Source: Bacteroidota bacterium (GTDB lineage Bacteria; Bacteroidota; Bacteroidia; Palsa-948). From it: a stretch of 64,000 nucleotides of DNA. Each line of letters opens with the position of its first letter. Within the stretch, counting starts at the first letter, position 1. A program made the translations under genes and the position numbers. Shown piece after piece: positions 30,178 through 39,218 of this stretch. The stretch is taken from assembly GCA_016213435.1 (NCBI GenBank), contig JACRAL010000028.1, positions 2,196 to 66,195 on the forward strand, given 5' to 3'. The notes under the pieces were generated by a model, which was given only the letters and a program-made list of their open reading frames with translations, searched no databases and was not told the DNA's origin.

Positions 30178-31281
30178 TTAAGGGTTAATAATTTGAGAAA
30201 ACATAATCGTTTCAGGCATTATATTATCGCCATCTTTTACTTTTTGTACGCCCTCATAAATAATCCTTTCATTTGGTGAAAGCCCTGAACTGATAACATA
30301 CAATTGTAGTAAACGAAGTGAAGGGGTAACTTTGCGTTGCTGCACCTTACCCTCTTTATCCACAACAAAAACATAAATATTTTCCTGAACCTCAAAAGTT
30401 GATTTCTGAGGAATAAGCATTGCGTTTTTCAATTCTGTTTTCACCAATATTTTACCACTGCTTCCGTGTTTCAAAACTTGTTCGGGATTCGGAAATTTCG
30501 CTCTGAAAGCAATGTTGCCTGTACTTTTGTCAAATTCGCTTTCGGTAGTTTCAATCAAGCCTTTGTGATTATATAAACTTCCGTTTGCCAATACCAACGA
30601 AACTTCTTTTGATTTTCCTTGCTGTTTTGAAAGAGTATAATCTAAATAATCTTTTTCAGAAACATTGAAGTATGCAAATACTTCTTTGTTATTGGAAATA
30701 ACGGTGAGCAAAGTTCCCTCTTCAACCAAACTGCCTGTTTTGTTTGGAATGCGGTTTATGATGCCGTCAAATGGGGCTTTAATTTCTGTAAAAGAAAGAT
30801 TGAGGATGGCTTGCGCCTCATCTGATTGGGCTTCTTCTACCTTTGCCTTTGCAGCATCCACTTTCGTTTCCAACATATCAAGTTCGGTTTTAGAAACAAT
30901 TTTCTTGTCCAGCAGTTTTTTTGTGTTCTCCAAATCAATTTCCGTTGATTTTAAATCAGCCAAAGCACTTTTCAACCCGGCTTTTGCCTTTAGCAAATCT
31001 TGTTCGTATTGCTTGCTGCTAATTGTGAATAGCGTTTGCCCTTGTTTCACTATTTGCCCTTCGTCCACGTAAATATTTTCTATGAATCCTTTAATACGTG
31101 TTCTTATCTCTACGTTTTGGAGCGCATTTATTTCAGCGACATATTCGTTTTGATAAGTGGTATCCATGATGAGAGGACTAATTACCTGAAACTTTTCAGG
31201 CGTTTCCTTTTTACTATCTGTTGAGCAAGCTGATAGAAATATCATAGCAGAAATGCTCAATTGCAATGCGATTTTCCTCAT
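30178..31281 (-). CDS. RND periplasmic adaptor (MFP) lipoprotein
   Basis: Lipobox LSAC, VEIRTRIKG.I..I.V.EGQ.VK.GQ.LF, IKAPFDG; start taken at MRKIAL. Confidence 0.94.
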   Translation of the reverse strand: MRKIALQLSISAMIFLSACSTDSKKETPEKFQVISPLIMDTTYQNEYVAEINALQNVEIRTRIKGFIENIYVDEGQIVKQGQTLFTISSKQYEQDLLKAKAGLKSALADLKSTEIDLENTKKLLDKKIVSKTELDMLETKVDAAKAKVEEAQSDEAQAILNLSFTEIKAPFDGIINRIPNKTGSLVEEGTLLTVISNNKEVFAYFNVSEKDYLDYTLSKQQGKSKEVSLVLANGSLYNHKGLIETTESEFDKSTGNIAFRAKFPNPEQVLKHGSSGKILVKTELKNAMLIPQKSTFEVQENIYVFVVDKEGKVQQRKVTPSLRLLQLYVISSGLSPNERIIYEGVQKVKDGDNIMPETIMFSQIINP

Positions 31282-31375
31282 TGAATTGAAAGAATTTAAA
31301 ATGAAAAATGAATGATGGGCAAAACCCAAGCGCTGTTAAGACCTGTTAGGATCAAAACATGAATTAAAGAAAGAA

Positions 31376-31762
31376 TTAAGCCTTAGGTGGAGGGGGTACT
31401 ACATCGGAGCAAAATTGCCCAATGATTTCTTCATTTTTTATAGTATGCATTAGTTTCTTTTCAACATATGGTGCAACTATAAAAACAGTGGTTGGCTCAT
31501 TGTAAAATGAGAATATTACGTCCATATCAACAGGCGCGCCTTTGTCATCATCATCCTGTTCATCAGACTCCGGAAAAAGATTGTCTATATGAAGTATTTG
31601 TTCACAAATGATTTCGCTAATGCTTTCCATATCATTTACCGATAAATCCTCCGGGATAGAATCTAAATCTGCATCAGGAGGATCTACGCTAATATTGAAT
31701 ACATGAAGCGCAAATAAAAAGCAGAGGATTTTAGAAATAATATGTGTGCGAATAAAATTCAT
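31376..31762 (-). CDS. Hypothetical protein heading the efflux operon
   Basis: N-terminal hydrophobic segment, NISVDPPD, acidic middle, C-terminal PPPPKA, a pattern often seen before Bacteroidota efflux operons. Confidence 0.6.
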   Translation of the reverse strand: MNFIRTHIISKILCFLFALHVFNISVDPPDADLDSIPEDLSVNDMESISEIICEQILHIDNLFPESDEQDDDDKGAPVDMDVIFSFYNEPTTVFIVAPYVEKKLMHTIKNEEIIGQFCSDVVPPPPKA

Positions 31763-31969
31763 CGGACGTGAAGGTACTATTTTTCTTGAAAAACCTATAA
31801 TCCAATGCAAAACCCTATAAGGGGTGCGTTTTACCTATGTTTAACTTTTCAACATCTCTAAAAACCTTAAAATCAGCAAGGATTAGGGTGAATTTAAAAT
31901 AATTATGGTAATATATTTGGTCATATTAGAAAAAATGTTTTCCTTTGTCGCGGATAATAAATAATACTT

Positions 31970-33016
31970 ATGACAGCATCCGAAATACAAATTAATCCCA
32001 AAATGGTAGCCCTTGGCCGTGAATCACGCGGTCTCTCTCAAACAGACCTTTCAGGCAGGTTAAATACCACTCAGGGGTTCATCAGCCGAGTTGAAACGGA
32101 TATGAAGTCCATGTCAAAAGACACATTAGAAAGGTTGAGCAAGATTCTGAAATATCCCATTGATTTTTTCTATCAGGAAGGCGAAGCGTTTCTGCCCATG
32201 AGTTTGAACTTTCGCAAGCGCGACCATGTGAACGCAAAAGTATTGATGCCGTTTGAAGCGCAATGCAATTTATACCGCCTCAATATTGAAATGCTTTCAC
32301 AAAAATTAAAATTCCCTGCGCTGAATATTCCTGACTTGGATGTAAAAAAAATTGGCTCGGAAGAACAAGTTGCAAAACAGCTTCGCAAGTTTTGGAAAAT
32401 TCCAAAAGGACAAATTGAAAATTTCACTGAACTTTTAGAAGCAAATGGAATCATCATTATTTCATTTGACTTCGGAACAGAACGAATTGATAGCAGAACA
32501 ATTCTTACAAAGGACAAGCATCCAATTATAGTTGTAAATAAAAATCACCTTGCGGACAGACAGCGTTTCAGTTTGGCGCACGAGCTTGGGCATTTAGTGA
32601 TGCACTCACATACGCTTCCTTCGCATGACAGAGATATTTCACACGAGGCAAATATGTTTGCCGCAGGTTTCCTTTTGCCTGAAAGCGAAGTGAGAAAAGA
32701 TTTTGAGAAAGGAATTACCATTGCTTTGCTTGCTGAACTAAAAAAGAAATGGAAAGTTTCAATGATTGCGCTTTTATACCGCGCATTTGACTTGGGATTT
32801 TTTACTGAGAATCAAAAAAAATATATGCTTGCTCAGTTCAATCAAATGAATATACGCAGGCGCGAGCCGATTGAATTGGATTTTCCGAAAGAGAAACCGC
32901 ATTTGCTCCGCGACCTGATTACAAAATATAAAAACGCTCATAAATTTTCAGCAAAAGAGTTAGCAGCGAGCTTTCATCTCGAACTGGAGGAGTTTATGAG
33001 CAAATATGGAGAGTAA
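31970..33016 (+). CDS. XRE-HTH fused to ImmA/IrrE metallopeptidase
   Basis: RESRGLSQTDL HTH; RQRFSLAHELGH (HExxH); EANMFAAGFLLP. Confidence 0.92.
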   Translation: MTASEIQINPKMVALGRESRGLSQTDLSGRLNTTQGFISRVETDMKSMSKDTLERLSKILKYPIDFFYQEGEAFLPMSLNFRKRDHVNAKVLMPFEAQCNLYRLNIEMLSQKLKFPALNIPDLDVKKIGSEEQVAKQLRKFWKIPKGQIENFTELLEANGIIIISFDFGTERIDSRTILTKDKHPIIVVNKNHLADRQRFSLAHELGHLVMHSHTLPSHDRDISHEANMFAAGFLLPESEVRKDFEKGITIALLAELKKKWKVSMIALLYRAFDLGFFTENQKKYMLAQFNQMNIRRREPIELDFPKEKPHLLRDLITKYKNAHKFSAKELAASFHLELEEFMSKYGE

Positions 33017-33065
33017 AATATCGTGAAATGATTCCGGGACGATTGAAAATATTTTGCATTGACTG

Positions 33066-33111
33066 TGGAGAAGCATGGAAAAGCATGGAGAAGCGCGGGG
33101 AGATTCCGGGA
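33066..33111 (+). repeat. 10-bp tandem array
   Basis: TGGAGAAGCA TGGAAAAGCA TGGAGAAGCG CGGGGAGATT; GATTCCGGGA occurs at 33030 and 33102. Confidence 0.7.
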
Positions 33112-33154
33112 AGGATTCTGATTAAAACATTTATTTACCGATAAAACATTTGCT

Positions 33155-33730
33155 ATGAAAAAACAAAAGAAAAATTCCTCAGAAATTTATTTAACACGAG
33201 AGATTATGATGAGGGAAATAATCTCAAAACTACTCGATACAGATTTACTTTCAGGAGAAGTAGAAAACAAGGTACTGAAAGAATACCTGATTTATGGAAA
33301 AACATACAAAGAAATCGCGCCTCTGTTCAAGCTCACGCATTTCAGGGTAAAACAGATAGTGAATAATGCTTTTGCAATAATAAAATCGAGATTATCTCGC
33401 CATGAAAATATTTTTTCCACGCTGAAAAAACAGCAGACTGAAATAGAAGAATTAAAAAGCAGCATTGCTGAAAAAGAGGAAACGGAAAATCAATTCAATT
33501 CTCTGCCGGAAGAAACGCAGAAACTTTTATCAGAAAAAATAGAAACGCTCCCTTTGGATGTGCGAATCATAAATTCCTGTATTAAGAACCATGATATTTT
33601 CTTTTTGCGGGATTTGGTAAAACTGACCAGACGCAAATTTGCCGGGATGCGAAACATAGGAAAGAAATCCATAAATGAAATGGATGAATTCCTAAACTCT
33701 AAAAGATTGACATGGGAAATGAATGTTTAA
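33155..33730 (+). CDS. Sigma70 region-4-like HTH, coiled coil and RNA polymerase alpha-CTD-like domain
   Basis: GKTYKEIA..F.LT..RVKQI...A; KIETLPLDVRI.N....DI..L.DLV........RNIGKKS..E....L. Confidence 0.75.
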   Translation: MKKQKKNSSEIYLTREIMMREIISKLLDTDLLSGEVENKVLKEYLIYGKTYKEIAPLFKLTHFRVKQIVNNAFAIIKSRLSRHENIFSTLKKQQTEIEELKSSIAEKEETENQFNSLPEETQKLLSEKIETLPLDVRIINSCIKNHDIFFLRDLVKLTRRKFAGMRNIGKKSINEMDEFLNSKRLTWEMNV

Positions 33731-33780
33731 TCCCAAAACTTATCTATGAAAAAATACAATTTATTTAATATATAATTCAG

Positions 33781-34017
33781 ATGACAACAGTACGAAAACT
33801 TGAGTTGAAGCCGTATTCAGTAACAGACCTTGCTAAGATTTACGGAGTATGCAACCGCACCTTCAAAAAATGGGTGAAAGACATAAAGGAAGTGGGTCCG
33901 AAGAAGGGGCGATATTATTCCATTCCTCAAGTAAAAATTATTTTTGAAAACATGAAAGTCCCTACTCAAATCATTATTGAGACGGGGACACAGAAATCGG
34001 AATTGGATTTAGTTTAA
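33781..34017 (+). CDS. Small winged-HTH (MerR/excisionase/DUF4248-like) protein, paralogue 1
   Basis: LKPYSVTDLAKIYGVCNRTFKKW...GPKKGRYYSIPQVKIIFE. Confidence 0.75.
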   Translation: MTTVRKLELKPYSVTDLAKIYGVCNRTFKKWVKDIKEVGPKKGRYYSIPQVKIIFENMKVPTQIIIETGTQKSELDLV

Positions 34018-34065
34018 CATCATCTTCTTCCTGCCCTAATCCGATAGTTTTTATTTTTCTTCTTT

Positions 34066-34094
34066 AAGCAGAGAGGCTTCTCTGCTTTTTTATT
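34066..34094 (+). terminator. Intrinsic terminator
   Basis: AAGCAGAGA-GGCT-TCTCTGCTT-TTTTATT. Confidence 0.8.
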
Positions 34095-34130
34095 ACCCGA
34101 ATTTTTCTTCAAAAAAATTTCTTGCCGTAA

Positions 34131-34230
34131 AACCGGACAAGAACGGAAATTGTTTTGCACGAAGTGGAATAATTCGGCACGAACGGACACAAACTTACAT
34201 AAACCTACATAAACGGAAACTGCCCGGAAT
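34131..34230 (+). repeat. Degenerate 10-bp-period array (iteron/operator-like)
   Basis: AACCGGACAA GAACGGAAAT ... GAACGGACAC AAACTTACAT AAACCTACAT AAACGGAAAC. Confidence 0.65.
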
Positions 34231-34305
34231 CCGACACGCGACCTTTACAAAAAATCAGGGAGAAATCCCTAATGCAAAGGGAAACTAATCATAAAATAAA
34301 TTAAA

Positions 34306-35076
34306 ATGGAAAACACAAATCAACACAGGGCTGAAAAACAGAACATGATTCTGAGACCCTGCACAGTAAAAGAACTCTCGGCATTTTACCGGGTTTCAAA
34401 AACCACAATTAGAAAATGGCTTGAACGCTACAAGGAAGAAATTGGTGAGCGCACCGGACATTTCTATATGATTGAACAAGTAAAAATCATTTTTGAAAAA
34501 TTCGGTGTTCCGTCAGGAAAACAAATAGTATTTCCAAAACCCGAAACTTTTACCGATGAAGTTTCTGAATTTACAGAGGCAGCATGGGATTTTGCTTGCG
34601 CGTTATTATGGAAAGACAAAATCTTCTGCACGGAAGAAATTGCACTAAGCAAAAATCACCTGCGGGAATTTTTTACCATTCCCAACAAGAGCGGAAATCC
34701 AATCTCTCTGTCCAAACGCCTTTCCGTATTCTGCCAGCGAATCACGCTCACGCGAATGTTCCTTGATTATAAACCTCAGCGTTTCATTCCCTCCCCCGCA
34801 CTTTGGCTTGACCGAAATTACAAATACGGATTTGCCGGAACGCTCAAATGGTTCAAATGGATTAGCGAAGAAAGAAAAGAGAATCCCTATGTGCGCGAAG
34901 AACTCCGTGTGCTTGCCGATTTATACTGCGAGTATATCAAAACAAAATCTGCTGCCGAAGTAATGAATAAGGCAGGAGATTATTTCCTGAAGAAAAATTT
35001 CATGCACCTATTCAGAATTTTTTCCGATTGCATTTCTCATATCGGCAACAAAACTAACTATCAACTCGCTGCATAA
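34306..35076 (+). CDS. wHTH paralogue 2 fused to an unknown helical domain (candidate replication initiator or activator)
   Basis: N-terminus LRPCTVKELSAFYRVSKTTIRKW...GERTGHFY.IEQVKIIFE; C-terminal region contains RFIPSPALWL. Confidence 0.6.
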   Translation: MENTNQHRAEKQNMILRPCTVKELSAFYRVSKTTIRKWLERYKEEIGERTGHFYMIEQVKIIFEKFGVPSGKQIVFPKPETFTDEVSEFTEAAWDFACALLWKDKIFCTEEIALSKNHLREFFTIPNKSGNPISLSKRLSVFCQRITLTRMFLDYKPQRFIPSPALWLDRNYKYGFAGTLKWFKWISEERKENPYVREELRVLADLYCEYIKTKSAAEVMNKAGDYFLKKNFMHLFRIFSDCISHIGNKTNYQLAA

Positions 35077-35118
35077 AATTAATTTTTCAAATAAAGAAAG
35101 ATAATTCACTATAAATAT

Positions 35119-35373
35119 TTGACTATGAAAAACGAACAAGCAAACGAAAAAAAGTCAACAGTAAGGTTGGAACTTAAACCGTATACACCCTTGCAACTAT
35201 CGAAAATTTACGGAGTGAGCAAAGTAACATTCCTTAAATGGATAAAGGAGCTAAAGCAAGAACTCGGAAAGCGCAACGGACATTATTATTCCATTCCGCA
35301 AGTGAAAATAATCTTTTCAGAATTCCTGTTGCCTTCTTACATCGAAATTGAAACGGACATAATCGTAAAATGA
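35119..35373 (+). CDS. Small winged-HTH protein, paralogue 3
   Basis: LELKPYTPLQLSKIYGVSKVTFLKW...GKRNGHYYSIPQVKIIF; start may be the ATG at 35125. Confidence 0.75.
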   Translation: MTMKNEQANEKKSTVRLELKPYTPLQLSKIYGVSKVTFLKWIKELKQELGKRNGHYYSIPQVKIIFSEFLLPSYIEIETDIIVK

Positions 35374-35430
35374 TTTACACAATCGTAAAGAGTTTGGCAA
35401 AATCGTTTAGGGTCGTTTAAAATCGTAAAC
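35351..35430 (+). repeat. Phased array, AATCGT at exact 20-bp spacing
   Basis: AATCGT at 35361, 35381, 35401 and 35421, plus GGTCGT at 35411. Confidence 0.8.
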
Positions 35431-35476
35431 CCCTCCGAAAATACAGTCAGACCTTTGTAAAAAATCCGGAAGGAAT

Positions 35477-35671
35477 ATGCAACAAGATACACATACATCA
35501 AACAGCACTTCTTCGGTGGTTCTCACCGGAGCCATCCTGTTCGCAAACCTTGACGCTTCAGGGCTTGCAGAATACGCGGTGAAAGCCGCCATCGGTGGAG
35601 CGATATGGCTTGTGTTCAAAATCACGAGCGATTATGTAAGCGAAAGAATTAAAAACAAAAAAGAGAAATGA
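35477..35671 (+). CDS. Small membrane protein, first gene of the late-like operon
   Basis: Two hydrophobic stretches and a basic C-terminus; overlaps the next start codon. Confidence 0.65.
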   Translation: MQQDTHTSNSTSSVVLTGAILFANLDASGLAEYAVKAAIGGAIWLVFKITSDYVSERIKNKKEK

Positions 35672-36147
35672 GCCTAAAAAAAATACTTGTCGGTTCTGCC
35701 ATTGGCGGAGGAATAATCGCAGGGGTTACATATTTCTTTCGATTAAAAAGAACGAGCGTGGAGCTTGAATCTTATGCGAAGGTGAACATTTTCAAACTTG
35801 ATTTAAGCGGATTGGTTTTGCAGGTGGACGTGCAACTGAAAAATCCAACTCGCACAAAATTCAAAATAAAGTTCCCCTTCATCAAACTCATTTATAAAGA
35901 TGCGACCATCGGAAGCTCTCAGGTTGTGGACAAGGACATCACGATTCCCGCCTACGGAGAAGCAGTCGCAGAAAAAATAATGATAACGATTCCACCGCGA
36001 AATATTTTTTCGGTGAGCGCAGGGCTGATAAAATCCCTTTTGGCAGGTGAACAAGTGAAGCTGAATTCAAAAACAATCTCAACGATTGATTTGGGCTGGA
36101 AAAAACTCCCCTACGAAAAAACAGAAGAAGTAACCCTGAAAAACTAA
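35668..36147 (+). CDS. Membrane-anchored LEA_2/WHy-like beta protein
   Basis: N-terminal TM; L.VDVQLKNPT...FKIKFP..KL.Y....IGS....KDITIPAYG pattern. Confidence 0.6.
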   Translation: MSLKKILVGSAIGGGIIAGVTYFFRLKRTSVELESYAKVNIFKLDLSGLVLQVDVQLKNPTRTKFKIKFPFIKLIYKDATIGSSQVVDKDITIPAYGEAVAEKIMITIPPRNIFSVSAGLIKSLLAGEQVKLNSKTISTIDLGWKKLPYEKTEEVTLKN

Positions 36148-37655
36148 TGGAAGCATTAAAACATAGAAAAATAAAAAGCGGAGCGCAGTACGAACACCTG
36201 TTTCCTTCAGCGAACCTGAAAGACGAAACTGTTAAGAAGGGCGCTTCTGTTTACGATACGGTGAAGTTCATTCCAAAAGTAGTAAGGGAAACTCTGCCGC
36301 AGACCGAAGGAATTTCAAAAATGCTTCGCGGAAATACCTTGAGCGAAACCTGCAAGAATATTTGGGATTTTGTTTACCATCATATCAACTACAACAAAGA
36401 CGAAGATGGAACAGAGCAAATCCGTTCACCTGCCCGGACGTGGCATGACCGTTCGCGTGGAGTGGACTGCGATTGCTACACGGTATTCATCAGCAGCATT
36501 CTTTCAAATCTGAAAATACCGCACACGCTTCGCATAGCAAAATACCGGAAAGATTATTTCCAGCACATCTATCCGATAGTCCACAAAACCAACGGCAAGT
36601 ACATCACGATTGATTGCGTGGTGGACTATTTCAACTACGAAGAACCATATACAGAAATAAAAGACAAAACAATGGATTTACAATACCTAAGCGGAATAGA
36701 AAATTCCGAATCAGAATTCGGAAACTCCGAAGATGAATCTCTCGGAAAAAAGAAAGGCAAAGGAAAGTTGAAAGACCTTCTGAAGAAAGGACTTCACATC
36801 GCCAACCGCGCGAATCCTGCCACGCTTCTTCTTCGCAACGGGCTTCTCGCCTCCATGAAGCTCAATATTATGAAAGTCGGGCAACGGCTGAAGTATGCTT
36901 ACATGAGCGATGAGCAGGCAAAGCAGAAGGGAGTTGATACGGCAAAATTCCAACACCTGAAAACAATCAAAGACAAACTCGAAAAGATTTTTTACGGAGC
37001 GGGAGGAAAACCTGAAAACCTGAAGAAAGCAATTCTAACAGGAAAGGGAAATAAAAAAGGCAAGCACGATGTAGACGGGCTTGGAGATTTTGAATATGAC
37101 ACGAATCTCGGAGACATGAACGAAGCAACTCCGCTTCCTCAACTGCTAGGAGATGAAATGTATCGTTCTGAAAATGCAGAAACGCTCGGTGCGCTCGGAG
37201 AACCAGTAACGGCAGCATCCATCACGGCAGCCACAGGCGCGATTGCGAGCATCGCGGCTCTTTTGAAAAAGATTGGAAATATTTTTCCGAAGAATGATAA
37301 AGAAGACGAAAGTGCAAAAGATTTTCAAACTACGGATAAGGACACAGACCCAAATAATGTTCAAAAGGAAATCGAGCAAAACAAAGATGAAATAGTAAAG
37401 ATGGACGCATCCACAAAAAAAGTGGACACATCAACCGATGATTCATCGGGAAGCGGAGATGATTCCACCAAGCAGGGATTTTGGGACAAGAATAAAAAAT
37501 GGATAAAGCCAACTGCAATCGGAGTAACAGGTTTGGGCTTGCTTTATCTCGGCTATCGCGCAATCACAGGACACAAAGAAGAAAACCATCCAAAGCAGTT
37601 ATCAGGAACGAAAAATAAAAAGCATCCCAAAAAAGAACCTGTGGCTTTGATGTAA
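36147..37655 (+). CDS. Transglutaminase-like (papain-fold) domain protein with C-terminal membrane anchor
   Basis: IWDFVYHHI.Y..D....EQIRSPAR, GVDCDCYTVF (Cys), QHIYP (His), TIDCV (Asp); TM near the C-terminus. Confidence 0.8.
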   Translation: MEALKHRKIKSGAQYEHLFPSANLKDETVKKGASVYDTVKFIPKVVRETLPQTEGISKMLRGNTLSETCKNIWDFVYHHINYNKDEDGTEQIRSPARTWHDRSRGVDCDCYTVFISSILSNLKIPHTLRIAKYRKDYFQHIYPIVHKTNGKYITIDCVVDYFNYEEPYTEIKDKTMDLQYLSGIENSESEFGNSEDESLGKKKGKGKLKDLLKKGLHIANRANPATLLLRNGLLASMKLNIMKVGQRLKYAYMSDEQAKQKGVDTAKFQHLKTIKDKLEKIFYGAGGKPENLKKAILTGKGNKKGKHDVDGLGDFEYDTNLGDMNEATPLPQLLGDEMYRSENAETLGALGEPVTAASITAATGAIASIAALLKKIGNIFPKNDKEDESAKDFQTTDKDTDPNNVQKEIEQNKDEIVKMDASTKKVDTSTDDSSGSGDDSTKQGFWDKNKKWIKPTAIGVTGLGLLYLGYRAITGHKEENHPKQLSGTKNKKHPKKEPVALM

Positions 37656-37695
37656 AAAGAAAAAACAATTCACTAACAATTAAAAACAAAAAACA

Positions 37696-38331
37696 ATGAG
37701 CAAAAATTCTTACGAAAGAGCCGCACAGAAAAAATCCCTGCTTGGTGAAATCACCAAAGACCTGGAGACAAAAGGGGATTTGAAAAATACTGCGATAGAG
37801 ACATTGAAAGATGTCGTGATAGGAGTAGTCGCAGGAGGCGTAGCCGGTTCCGCCATCGGGCGCGCTTCACTTCTGATTGGAGCGGCAGTAACAGGTCTTG
37901 GACATTATTACAAAAGCCGTCTCGCTTCCATTTTCGGAGTGGGCATGATGGCAGCGAACGGTTTTCAGCAAACCGACACGCAGATGAAAGGAACTCCGAA
38001 AGACGGATTGGAAGGCGCACTCGAAGGAGCTAAAGAGCGCGTGATGAATTTCAAAGACACTTTCGGTCAGAAACTTTTCCTCGACAAAGTTTTGAAAAGC
38101 AAAGAGCAAAAGAAAGAGGAAGAATCCACCAAAGGAGTTGGCGATGTTCAGTATTTCACTTATCCCGAAAACAAAGAACTCGGAGAAGGCAAGGAACAAC
38201 TTGACCTCACCGCGCTTGACAAACTGGAAAAGCAAGTTGCCGAAAGCGGAGCATCTTTTTCACAGAAAGGAACAGGAAATCTTCCCGCGAACGAAATGGG
38301 AGAGATTGACCCAAGCGAACAAAATTTTTAA
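37696..38331 (+). CDS. Glycine-rich membrane protein (putative virion component)
   Basis: VVIGVVAGGVAGSAIGRASLLIGAAVTGLG hydrophobic segment; part of the operon. Confidence 0.6.
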   Translation: MSKNSYERAAQKKSLLGEITKDLETKGDLKNTAIETLKDVVIGVVAGGVAGSAIGRASLLIGAAVTGLGHYYKSRLASIFGVGMMAANGFQQTDTQMKGTPKDGLEGALEGAKERVMNFKDTFGQKLFLDKVLKSKEQKKEEESTKGVGDVQYFTYPENKELGEGKEQLDLTALDKLEKQVAESGASFSQKGTGNLPANEMGEIDPSEQNF

Positions 38332-38378
38332 AACGAAAATCAAAAACAATTATCACTAACAATTAAAACCCAAAAACC

Positions 38379-39107
38379 ATGTTCGGAGATTTAAATGCAA
38401 CAGAAGAGTACAACAACGCGGGAGCGTTGCTTGGACTGGACGGAGACAACGAGGAACTCGTAGGCGATGTGCTTGGAGTTCTCAAACAAATGAACCCATT
38501 AAAAAGGTGGCGCACGATGAACCGTCTCACCGCGCCCGCGCCTGCAAGCAAAGGAAGCCGAGCTGAAATGGAAAAACATTTCCACGAACTTCCCAAGCAC
38601 ATTCAGGAAGGGTTGAAAAAAGGAGAACTGCGCTTGGCGGACACCGTGATTTATTCCATCAAGCCCGCAAATTCCAAAACCATCAAGCTGTTTGAAACGC
38701 AGGATGTGAGGGAAATCGGATTGAGGAATATTTCCAACGCCAAACTTCCAAAGAACCAAGCTCTGCTTGTGAGCGGAATTATTTTGCTCGCAGGAGTTTC
38801 AGAAAACCAAACTCCCGATGCGGTGATGGCAACTGCTTTTGCAGGAATTGAAACTGTTCCCGCTTTCAGCACAGGAGAGTTTGATTTGAAAGCGAACAAA
38901 AAGCAAATAGTTCCTGAAACAAGCAACAATGTTTTCAAAACCGCTGGCTTCACAATGGTTCCGGCAGGGTATTACAAACTCGCCAACCCTCGCCTCATCC
39001 ACGATGACATCCTGATTGAGCTGACCATTTCGCTCGGCACGATGCAGGGCGTGAACCCCAACGCGCAGATCTGGGCAGGGCTTCACGGAACCATCACCAC
39101 TCCGTAA
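38379..39107 (+). CDS. Hypothetical beta-rich protein, candidate major capsid protein
   Basis: Real gene by context (A-rich leader, downstream hairpin). The C-terminal ~160 aa are alternating beta strands with no TM. The capsid role is inference only. Confidence 0.45.
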   Translation: MFGDLNATEEYNNAGALLGLDGDNEELVGDVLGVLKQMNPLKRWRTMNRLTAPAPASKGSRAEMEKHFHELPKHIQEGLKKGELRLADTVIYSIKPANSKTIKLFETQDVREIGLRNISNAKLPKNQALLVSGIILLAGVSENQTPDAVMATAFAGIETVPAFSTGEFDLKANKKQIVPETSNNVFKTAGFTMVPAGYYKLANPRLIHDDILIELTISLGTMQGVNPNAQIWAGLHGTITTP

Positions 39108-39218
39108 AGCGGTGAATTGGCAAAAAGCAGGTGGCAGAGCGTGCAAATGTAAAATGCAGCCTGCCTCTGCTACGCCAATTTTTTTAAAACGAATGACAAA
39201 CGATTAACAACAAACGCG

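Noticed and set aside
33066..35430. Short repeat arrays as a CRISPR array
   Set aside because: Units are 10 bp and degenerate, with no unique spacers and no cas genes.
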